64,000 bases of DNA, taken from contig SOKQ01000014.1 of assembly GCA_004375695.1 (NCBI GenBank), positions 2,067-66,066 of the forward strand. The letters are read 5' to 3'. Each line of letters opens with the position of its first letter. The first letter of the stretch is position 1. This stretch comes from Hadesarchaea archaeon. GTDB taxonomy: Archaea; Hadarchaeota; Hadarchaeia; Hadarchaeales; Hadarchaeaceae. Positions 56,669 through 64,000 of this stretch are shown here, one piece after another. Made by a program: the position numbers and the translations under genes. Below the pieces are notes generated by a model, which saw only the letters and a list, made by a program, of their open reading frames with translations, made no database searches and was not told the DNA's origin.

Positions 56669-57144
56669 GCGCGATCCCTCCTCTCGCCCCTTCGTCGTCG
56701 GAATTTCTTCACCGTCTTCCTCAGCTTTGGCATCTTCCGTGCTAGCTTAAGTGCTTTCGCCGCTTTGGTGACCTTCGCTGCCTTTGTAACCTTTACAACT
56801 CTCGTCACTTTCGCAACCCTAGCAACTCTCGCAATTCTGGCAACCCTCGCTACCCTGAACAGCCTAAACGCGCGGATTATGCTCATCTCCATTACAAGGG
56901 CTGGAATCGAACCCAAGATGTCTGCCCAGCTATCGCGTAGGCAGCCCCTTTTGGATGGCGCCTTATGGAACCTGAGACCGAACTCGGTTATGAAGATCGC
57001 GCATACCCCAAGGTCAATCCATCCAAAAAGCCCCTCTTGTTCGGGGGTCGGCTCGAAAACGAGCGACACGACAAGTAAGCTCAGCGCGAAAATCGCCAGC
57101 CCAGCCATCGCAATATCGGTACCTCCTAACTTTTCTTGTCCCAT
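56665..57144 (-). CDS. Stand-alone voltage-sensor domain (S1-S4) protein, no pore domain
   Basis: S2-like WIDLGVCAIFITEFGLRF, S3-like SWADILGSIPALV, S4 RAFRLFRVARVARIARVARVAKVTRVVKV... with R/K at every third residue; ORF ends in a basic tail. Confidence 0.65.
   Translation of the reverse strand: MGQEKLGGTDIAMAGLAIFALSLLVVSLVFEPTPEQEGLFGWIDLGVCAIFITEFGLRFHKAPSKRGCLRDSWADILGSIPALVMEMSIIRAFRLFRVARVARIARVARVAKVTRVVKVTKAAKVTKAAKALKLARKMPKLRKTVKKFRRRRGERRDRA
56740..56874 (-). repeat. Degenerate 9-nt (3-codon) periodic tract encoding the extended S4 helix
   Basis: About 15 consecutive units of ARR-GTN-GCN type (agg gta gcg / agg gtt gcc / aga att gcg ...). Confidence 0.7.
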
Positions 57145-57326
57145 GGTTCCCCAGGATTGATTTAGCTAAGGCACCTAAAACCAATATTCAAGAGCCAGAG
57201 GGCTTGCTCGTTCGATGGTATTCAAAAGAACCTGAATAATCCGCGATTTATGGGTCAGCGCCGCGCCCACATAAGTGTTTTTAAAAGCAGAACTTAATAT
57301 GAATTTGAAAAACGCACCGTGATGAA

Positions 57327-58526
57327 ATGAACAAATTTACTAACTTGATAATTGATCCTTCGAACCTTCGGTCGCTTTTTCACCCACAAAATAAATTTAT
57401 GATTTTTAAACGTTTAGCAGTTTACGAAAAAATTTACATAGATAAACTTTTAATGACTCAAACTGCGGAGATTGTGGGAAATAATGTTCTTAAAAATGTT
57501 TTAAAGAAACTAGAAAAGCGCAATCTAGTAAACTACATTGACACAACCCAAATTATTAGAAAAAATTCAGGTAAATATAAAGAATGGTTTGAAGATGACC
57601 TAAAATTGTTTGAAGACAATGTGCTGAATATGTGGCTTATCAGGAGGATTAAAGAAAAAAATTATGTGGTCCCCTTATTTCAAACATTGGGTGTTCAATC
57701 GTTATTATCTCATCTTAGATATGCGCAAAAGAAAAATGGGATCTTACTTATTCCTCCATGGCTGGTGGAAGAGGCCATACAACTTTCAAAGAAAATCAGC
57801 GATTTGGATACCGAAAAATTAAAAGCAGGTATTAAGCACGTGTTCGTGAGCAGTTTTCTTATTAGAGAATATGCCCCTCGCTTTCAGATTGATAAAGAAA
57901 ATATTGCAGTTTTTTTAGATGCAATCAAAAAATCGTCATATCTAAATGATTTTGTCACTCTGAAAGTAAAGGAATTCCGAGGTTATTTGCTGCGAGAAGC
58001 AGAGAGAGAAAGTATAAAAAGAACTATATCGCGCGCCGAACAAAACATGTTAGAAATAAAGAACGGTCTTCTAAGAGATTTAAAAATGGATCTAGGTTTT
58101 GATCTCGCTTCGGATGCTGTCCGCGCTTTGATTTCGAGTTCGATTCCAGGCGTAGGGGCCGCGAAAACCCTAATTACTCATGCTACTGAAAAACATAGGA
58201 TTAAAAAACAAAAACTGGAATGGATTGTTTACCTACGGATTATTAGGGCTTTTCAAACAAAAGGGGAAGAGAAACTAGGCCCGTGCGATATTTGCGCTCT
58301 TTCCATGAGTGAAATTAATAGCATGAACGAGGAAGAAGCCGAGAGCATGGTTTTCTCAGGAAGCATGTGTGAAGGTCATACCATCCTTTACTTAAACATA
58401 AGAAAACAAACTCAGGCTACTGGGAAAGATTTGCTTAGACTTATGAAAAAATATGAAAATTCAGAGGCTCACCGCTTAGGGGCCCCGCTCGGTGGAGCAT
58501 TCATCTGGAAAAAAAGAGAACACTGA
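57327..58526 (+). CDS. Hypothetical protein (399 aa), very AT-rich
   Basis: Long uninterrupted ORF in AT-rich DNA; divergent from the voltage-sensor operon; no motif recognised. Confidence 0.5.
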   Translation: MNKFTNLIIDPSNLRSLFHPQNKFMIFKRLAVYEKIYIDKLLMTQTAEIVGNNVLKNVLKKLEKRNLVNYIDTTQIIRKNSGKYKEWFEDDLKLFEDNVLNMWLIRRIKEKNYVVPLFQTLGVQSLLSHLRYAQKKNGILLIPPWLVEEAIQLSKKISDLDTEKLKAGIKHVFVSSFLIREYAPRFQIDKENIAVFLDAIKKSSYLNDFVTLKVKEFRGYLLREAERESIKRTISRAEQNMLEIKNGLLRDLKMDLGFDLASDAVRALISSSIPGVGAAKTLITHATEKHRIKKQKLEWIVYLRIIRAFQTKGEEKLGPCDICALSMSEINSMNEEEAESMVFSGSMCEGHTILYLNIRKQTQATGKDLLRLMKKYENSEAHRLGAPLGGAFIWKKREH

Positions 58527-58556
58527 ACCTTCTTTCCCCACCAGTTTTAAATATGA

Positions 58557-58700
58557 AAAGAACGATGGGGCACAAATCATTACGTCGATGCGTTCTGCGG
58601 AAGGGTGCCGAGAAGCGTGCTGGCGAGGCACTACACGGACTTCTCGTCGGAACGGTTGAAGCGGATATACGATGGTGCGGGCCTGAAGGTGCTCGAATAG
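58557..58700 (+). pseudogene. Integrase C-terminal remnant (plus strand)
   Basis: Hand translation KERWGTNHYVDAFCGRVPRSVLARHYTDFSSERLKRIYDGAGLKVLE, preceded by an in-frame TGA. Confidence 0.55.
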
Positions 58701-58931
58701 ATTTGATGGCAGGACGGGGACATAGAAACTCAAAAACAACCAAATGGACAACCGAGGAAAAATTGGCGCATGAGGCGGGTGGTACGGGGAAACCCTGAAG
58801 GCAGAGACAGCAACTGAGAAAAGCCTCCAGCAGCAGTAATTGATGCTTTGCCTCGATGGGCTGTTTCTTCATCTCATGCATGGTATTTGGTTTTGTGCGG
58901 ACAAATCAGTCCGTAATCACATTCCCCGCAA

Positions 58932-59324
58932 TTAGCGGAGGGGCATGCCGTGAATTCTTCTGACAGGATGCTCTTCACGACACTTTTTATTTCCTCCTTG
59001 GGATCCACCACTCGCGTACATGTACAAAATTATTGAGCTAGTAAATAGCAATAAGATTCGGGATTTATCCAATAAAAAGCTTAGAGAAATCGGGAGAGAG
59101 CTTAATTTTTTCCCTGGCGCTAGAAAAATCACGTTGTATTTGGACATTCTCTTGCTGAAATTAGTAACATGCCCCCTGCCAGTAATCAAGAGTACTTTTT
59201 CCGCATGGGGAGCCGGCTTGTATATTTTTTTAAGCCTTCCTCCCGAAACATCAATGTTTGGTTCTTCAACAAGTCCTGCCCCCCATAAAATTTTCAAATC
59301 TCTCCGTTTTGCAGCCCCAACCAT
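58932..59324 (-). CDS. Hypothetical protein
   Basis: ORF only; AGLVEE..GGRLKKIY is faintly wHTH-wing-like. Confidence 0.2.
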   Translation of the reverse strand: MVGAAKRRDLKILWGAGLVEEPNIDVSGGRLKKIYKPAPHAEKVLLITGRGHVTNFSKRMSKYNVIFLAPGKKLSSLPISLSFLLDKSRILLLFTSSIILYMYASGGSQGGNKKCREEHPVRRIHGMPLR

Positions 59325-59388
59325 CTCTTGTAGTGCCCCTTACCCCCATGTGGGCGCCAGAGATCGCGGGATTTTGGACCCCAATAAG

Positions 59389-59796
59389 TCAGGCCCGCCC
59401 AAACCATCCTTTCATGGCGTTGTTCTTGCCGGACATGTTAATGGCAAATAATCCTAAGATTGTTGCGAATACTAAGAGGTAACCTGCTTCTTGTGTTGCG
59501 TCTAAGATCATCAAACCACTGATGAAGGCCAATCCAACAGCAATAATACCCACGATTCCACCCACCCCATGAACTTTTTTCAAAATTGTTAACGTGTATG
59601 TAAGGGACAAGATAGACAAGGAAAATAGTAAGATTGAAATCACATATGGTGGGATACTAAGACCACCCAACGCCCCAAGGATCGTGCCATATGGGTCTAG
59701 CCCTGTCCTCAGGAATAGCCCCCCCACAAAACCCGTAAAACCTCTTCCGCCCAACAAGGCATCATTCATTAGTTTTCTCTTTTCTTCTGATGTCAT
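59389..59796 (-). CDS. Hypothetical polytopic membrane protein (135 aa)
   Basis: Gly-rich hydrophobic segments (GIVGIIAVGLAFISGLMIL, YLLVFATILGLFAI). Confidence 0.45.
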   Translation of the reverse strand: MTSEEKRKLMNDALLGGRGFTGFVGGLFLRTGLDPYGTILGALGGLSIPPYVISILLFSLSILSLTYTLTILKKVHGVGGIVGIIAVGLAFISGLMILDATQEAGYLLVFATILGLFAINMSGKNNAMKGWFGRA

Positions 59797-59965
59797 GTTT
59801 ATCCCACTAGAACCCGCGCGTCATTTTTTAAACGGGTTCCCACCCACCCATTATCTTCCACAAGCCTCCAGCCCCAAGGCTTGACCGCCAAGAACCTTTA
59901 AAACCTTACTTCCGGGCATGTCTTACGTTATTCTCGACGCTACTTTTTTGGTTTTCTAGAAGTTA

Positions 59966-60373
59966 CTAGATTCTAGAAGTTACTATAAAATAAAAAACCC
60001 CAATAACCAAGACAGGGATTGCATAAAACCAGAGTAACAAGTCTGGTGGAATTATGTTCATCTGGTGGATAAGCGCTGCTAAGAGTGTAAATGCTATCAC
60101 CCCACTGAGCAAAAACGAACTTGCGCGGTGTAAACGAGTTTCTCTCTGCTCTTCAATTTTTCCTGCAACGTCGAATCCCTTTCCAGTTAATAGTACCCCA
60201 TAGTAGTTGTGCTCAACTAACTTCTGTTCTTTCAAGAATCCCAAATTGTGTATTAATTCTTCATCAGAAATTTTCAATATTCCTTTCAATTCCTTAAACC
60301 AACTACTATTTGTGAATTTCGGTGCAAGGGAAAAATCTGCTCTCTTTTTTCCTCGTTTAGACTCAGTACCCAT
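59966..60373 (-). CDS. Hypothetical protein with C-terminal 2 TM helices
   Basis: Start set at MGTESKRGKK within ORF 59966..60514; C-terminal ASSFLLSGVIAFTLLAALI and LLLWFYAIPVLVIGVFYFIV. Confidence 0.4.
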   Translation of the reverse strand: MGTESKRGKKRADFSLAPKFTNSSWFKELKGILKISDEELIHNLGFLKEQKLVEHNYYGVLLTGKGFDVAGKIEEQRETRLHRASSFLLSGVIAFTLLAALIHQMNIIPPDLLLWFYAIPVLVIGVFYFIVTSRI

Positions 60374-60749
60374 GGACTTTCTTTGGTATATTACAAGGAG
60401 AATTTTTTTCCAACCCGTCCTAATTTTCAGCCCTTTCTTCCGACGAGTTCGCCAAGACGACTTCATGCACAACACAATTAATCCATTATGGGCCCCACTT
60501 CTTAAAACTGCCACGAGGTAGAAGATACGAAAGAACCTTTGATTTATCTTCCCCTCCGAGTTCCGTCGTCGAACCCCGAAAAAATTCAGAATTACTTTTT
60601 ATCTTTTTCTATTGGCGTGATTGTGATTTCTGTTGGGCTTTTACCCATGCAAATGAGCAATTTGTTAGTTTTTAACCAATTCGAAATCTTTGCTTGATTT
60701 AACTTACACAACAGTGCTTTTATCCGGAGAAACGAGGTCGAACTCGCGC

Positions 60750-61262
60750 GGTTATCCCTGCCCTCCCCTCACCGCCCTCACGTCCCTTCCCCCTGCCGTT
60801 CCCCCAGGCCGTTTCGCGCGCTATGGGACGGGACGGGTGGAGCGAATGAAGGGAGGAGGGAAAAGGGAAATTTATCATTTGGCACGGAGAAACCAAACAC
60901 GCCCGTCCTCAAGCCCTTTCTTTCGTGAGTATTCTAGCGGGGGGAAACAGGAGACGGGAGAAGGGAGAGCGATCAGTCAGGCATCATCGTTCCAGCATTT
61001 TCCCTCCTCCTCACTGTCTCCCCTCCAGCGCGATTTTTTTAGGGACCAAGGACGGGTAGAGGGAGAGCGAAGGGAGGAGGGAGAGCGAATTTCAAGCAGC
61101 ATTGGTCATTCGTTTCGTTTTTTTCCCACTTCACGTTTTCTCGGCGTTTTTTTCGGGAGACGGAAGGGACGTGTCGGGAGACGGGAGGAGGGAGAGCGAG
61201 GGGAAGAGGGACCAAGGAAGGGAGAAGGGATCTAAACATCAGCCAAGTGCCATCCACTCGTT
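60750..61262 (+). repeat. G-rich/C-rich block repeat region B
   Basis: Contains the R1 unit (60795-60884), the 20-mer (61094-61113), the 70-nt unit (61144-61213) and further diverged GGGA-rich units. Confidence 0.8.
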
Positions 61263-61393
61263 CACGAATTTTGCTGCGCTTTAATTGAGATATCGGATAA
61301 GGTGGGCTATCACAATCTTGGAAAGGGGAATGCTTTCAATCAAGGGAAAACTAAAAGAAAGCAATAGAGGAATAAGAAAGTAGTATAAATGAC

Positions 61394-62803
61394 ATGAAAA
61401 TTGATAAGGGGCGATCGTTCAACATGGCGAGTACTATTAAGATAACGGCCCGAACCGAAAAGAAAGAAATTGGAGGTCAAGTTTTCACGCCAGAACCAAT
61501 CGTGGCCCTCATGGTGGAAAAACTCTTTCAAAGAAAGCATCCAAAGCGCGACGACAGCGTTCTCGATCCAGGTTGCGGCGCCGGTGCTTTCATTAAGGGG
61601 GTCTTAAACTGGTGCACACGTAAGGGCATTGAAGCCCCCCGCATCGTCGGAATCGAATTTGACTCTAAACTTTTGGGCGAGGCTCGAAAGTCATTTGAAG
61701 GTCTAGAAAACGTCACATTGATAAATGAGAACTTTTTGCTTGGGGACTTCGAGACCTTCGATTTTATTATAGGCAACCCACCTTACGTTCGCCTTGAAGG
61801 ATTAAGCGAATCCGAGCGTGAGACATATCGGAAAATGTTCGATACCGCCGTAAATCGATTCGACCTCTACATGCTTTTTTTCGAGAAGGCGTTAAAGAGT
61901 CTGAAGCCCTCTGGACGTCTCGTTTTTATAACGCCAGAAAAATACGAATATACCTTGACAACCAAGCCCCTTAGGAAACTCATGGCTAGGTACCATGTAG
62001 AGGAAATCCACCACATTAGCGAGGATGTTTTTAAAGACCTTGTGACGTATCCAACAATCACAACAATCAACGGAAGCGGGCGGGGGCCAACCAAGGTCAT
62101 CCACCGAGATGGATCTTCAATCACTATCAAAAAAATTCCTGCAGATGGGTCTAGGTGGGTTTTGGCCATTAAAGGAGGGGCCGAGCCTGTCAGACTTGGC
62201 CCAGTTCTAGCAGACGTGTGCCTGCGCATCAGTTGTGGAGTAGCGACTGGCGCTGACGAAGTCTTTGTGATGCCCAAGGAAGGGGTCCCAGAATCCTTGA
62301 AACCCTATGCCCACCCAACCATTGGCGGGGAACAATTGACTAAAGGTGTTAGAGCCTCGGATGTGATGCTCATCCCTTATGACAGATCGGGGGGGCTTCT
62401 CCCCGAGGAGAAATTGAAAAATTTCAAGCGCTGGTTCTCTAAGCACAAGAAACACCTTTCATCTAGGTATTGTGTCAGGAAAGGAAAGCATAAGTGGTAT
62501 TCGTTTCACGAGAATCCACCCATGTCCGACATACTCAGGCCGAAGATCCTGTGTAAGGACATCGCTAAAGAACCTAAATTCTGGACCGATCCAGAAGGCA
62601 ACATCGTGCCTAGGCACTCAGTATACTATATCGTTCCTAAGGACCCCAAGATTCTGTATGGGTTCCTCGGTTACCTAAACAGCGAGAAGGTTCATAGGTG
62701 GCTAGTGGCCCGATGCCAGAGGGCCGCAAACGATTTCATGCGTCTACAGTCCAGCGTACTGAAAGATATTCCGATCCCTTCTAAGTGGGTTGAGAGACAA
62801 TGA
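61394..62803 (+). CDS. N6-adenine DNA methyltransferase (gamma-class, Eco57I/TaqI-like)
   Basis: VFTPEPIV, SAM motif VLDPGCGAGAF, catalytic GNPPYV; 469 aa; start may be 61424. Confidence 0.85.
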   Translation: MKIDKGRSFNMASTIKITARTEKKEIGGQVFTPEPIVALMVEKLFQRKHPKRDDSVLDPGCGAGAFIKGVLNWCTRKGIEAPRIVGIEFDSKLLGEARKSFEGLENVTLINENFLLGDFETFDFIIGNPPYVRLEGLSESERETYRKMFDTAVNRFDLYMLFFEKALKSLKPSGRLVFITPEKYEYTLTTKPLRKLMARYHVEEIHHISEDVFKDLVTYPTITTINGSGRGPTKVIHRDGSSITIKKIPADGSRWVLAIKGGAEPVRLGPVLADVCLRISCGVATGADEVFVMPKEGVPESLKPYAHPTIGGEQLTKGVRASDVMLIPYDRSGGLLPEEKLKNFKRWFSKHKKHLSSRYCVRKGKHKWYSFHENPPMSDILRPKILCKDIAKEPKFWTDPEGNIVPRHSVYYIVPKDPKILYGFLGYLNSEKVHRWLVARCQRAANDFMRLQSSVLKDIPIPSKWVERQ

Positions 62804-63657
62804 AGCCGAAGGATTACCCTCGTCCCAACATCGGCGAACTCCCTAGCCTTTATGCAGGGCTTGACAACCTAGTTCAGCGCGTAGATGCCGCAATCCGTAA
62901 TCTACCTGAACATCTTTTTGACAAAGAAAAAGAGATTATACACTTCGGGAGGATGAACGAAGGCGAGTTTCGGAAACTTGTGGCTAGTGATCCGGAAGCC
63001 ATGGTCATAGCCTTCACGCGAGTATGTGGCCTTTCAATCCGCGAATTTTCCCGGTTGTTCGAATTAAAAGATGTTTACAGACTACAATCAAAATGGGCCG
63101 GAAGGAAAGACGAGAATCTCTTTGTGAAATCCATAATGGGGCTTCTACCAAAGCAGATGCACCTCGAAACTTTTCTTTATACTTTCTACAAGATGTGGGA
63201 AGAGCACCAAAAACGCCACCGTCGGGGGCGCGAGTTTGAAGAAGAGGTTCGAGATTTCTTCCGTGCGCGCGGATACGAATGTGAGAAGATAACCAGCCCC
63301 ATAGAGGTCAATGGAGCAATTCCATCCATCAATCCGCGCGCGGTCTTCCAAGTTCGTACAGGGGTAATGCGAGACCTCGTTAAAAGGGCCAAAGAGTTCG
63401 GCTCTGAGTTTAGGCTGTCTGCAAAGGCATTTCCCGGTGCCAAGTTCATAGCGGTTTTTAAGATCCCACCTCACGAACTTAACAGGCGGACCGAAATCAG
63501 GCAAAAAATATTGGAACACCGTGTCGGGAGGGAATACGACGTTATCTTTCAGGACGAACTTGAGGAAGTGCTCAAGAAGTTCAAGGAGTGGAATATTCCA
63601 AAAGGCAAACCTAAGCCGCTGGTGCTTTTGGGTGTAGAAAGAAAATCCGTTTCATAG
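62800..63657 (+). CDS. Putative cognate restriction endonuclease
   Basis: Overlaps the methyltransferase stop by 4 nt; GREFEEEVRDFFRARGYECEKI resembles the N-terminal core of PD-(D/E)xK enzymes; otherwise an orphan. Confidence 0.45.
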   Translation: MKPKDYPRPNIGELPSLYAGLDNLVQRVDAAIRNLPEHLFDKEKEIIHFGRMNEGEFRKLVASDPEAMVIAFTRVCGLSIREFSRLFELKDVYRLQSKWAGRKDENLFVKSIMGLLPKQMHLETFLYTFYKMWEEHQKRHRRGREFEEEVRDFFRARGYECEKITSPIEVNGAIPSINPRAVFQVRTGVMRDLVKRAKEFGSEFRLSAKAFPGAKFIAVFKIPPHELNRRTEIRQKILEHRVGREYDVIFQDELEEVLKKFKEWNIPKGKPKPLVLLGVERKSVS

Positions 63658-63680
63658 GGCGTATCGGGGCGGTCAAACTC

Positions 63681-63808
63681 TTAAGAAAGCACCCGCAGAT
63701 TTGCGTTGTCGTATATGCACTTTAGTCGTTCGGGGCTGAAATCCGTGTAGCGCCGTGCTAAGATTGACCTCGGACTCGACGGCAAAAACGCGCCAAAAAC
63801 CAAGCAGA
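63681..63808 (-). pseudogene. Integrase C-terminal remnant (copy 2, more decayed)
   Basis: ...VLARRYTDFSPERLKCIYDNANLRVLS; counterpart of 43183-43323. Confidence 0.5.
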
Positions 63809-63983
63809 TTAGCAACGCTTTTTCTTTTTCGACTTTTTCTTCTTTCGCATCATAGATTTCACCATTGGAACATGTTCTGAGAAGATAAAAGACTTTACCA
63901 TAAGTTCATCACCTTGGCTTCAACAACCTCGTCGATTTTCGCGCACCTTTACACGAGAACCTTCAACCCCGCCTTATCGTAGA
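63685..63983. repeat. ~300-bp repeat, copy 2
   Basis: Aligns with 43199-43501. Confidence 0.8.
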
Positions 63984-64000
63984 CCCGGCGTTTCCCCGAG
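63949..64000 (-). CDS. 3' end of a second SSV-type integrase gene (continues beyond the window)
   Basis: ...SGKRRVYDKAGLKVLV stop; parallels ...SSERLKRIYDKAGLKVLV of int(C) at 43467. Confidence 0.5.
   Translation of the reverse strand, partial: SGKRRVYDKAGLKVLV

Larger units (their letters stand above)
46903..64000. mobile_element. Mosaic accessory/integrative island downstream of tRNA-Leu (right end not in window)
   Basis: Starts with RHH/wHTH plus a tyrosine recombinase next to the tRNA. Contains AT-rich orphan genes, nuclease, HEPN and RM genes and integrase remnants. Follows rpoD, where (from memory of other archaea) more r-protein genes would be expected. Confidence 0.6.

Noticed and set aside
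58800-59010. Possible small Cys-rich ORF on the minus strand (…EEFTACPSANCGECDYGLICPHKTKYHA).
   Set aside because: There is no clear start codon other than an internal GTG. It overlaps other weak ORFs, and the evidence is too weak to annotate.

Overview
This is an archaeal chromosomal segment, GC-rich by eye. About two thirds of it is highly conserved informational core. That core holds an nadX-nadA-nadC NAD cluster and an orphan 5S rRNA flanked by tRNAs. It also holds the RNA polymerase / elongation-factor operon (rpoH, unsplit rpoB, rpoA1, rpoA2, L30e, NusA, S12, S7, EF-1alpha, S10; no EF-2). Next come archease-RtcB, the complete L3-to-L15 ribosomal protein superoperon with SecY/Adk/DUF106/L34e/Cmk/L14e/Cbf5, and finally S13-S4-S11-RpoD.

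Three tRNA genes carry scars of integrated elements:
- tRNA-Ser(TGA) has an 18-nt direct repeat bracketing an AT-rich ABC-transporter cassette.
- tRNA-Ser(GGA) has a textbook SSV-type partitioned integrase, with int(N) and int(C) separated by a 69-bp att duplication. Only about 2.1 kb of decayed element remains.
- tRNA-Leu(GAG) is followed by a tyrosine recombinase and a mosaic accessory island of at least 17 kb (46.9 kb to the window end).

The island contains:
- a membrane-anchored Hjc-like nuclease module;
- a RusA-like resolvase;
- an Rx4H HEPN protein;
- a stand-alone voltage-sensor-domain protein with an abnormally long S4, coupled to a 2-TM protein;
- many orphan genes;
- a type II-like restriction-modification (RM) pair;
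- several integrase 3'-end remnants;
- a family of G-rich/C-rich block repeats with G-quadruplex potential.

The best candidates for an undescribed system are the voltage-sensor/2-TM pair, the TM-coiled-coil-nuclease module and the G-rich repeat family. All product calls rest on reading the supplied translations for family motifs and on gene order. No database search was run.
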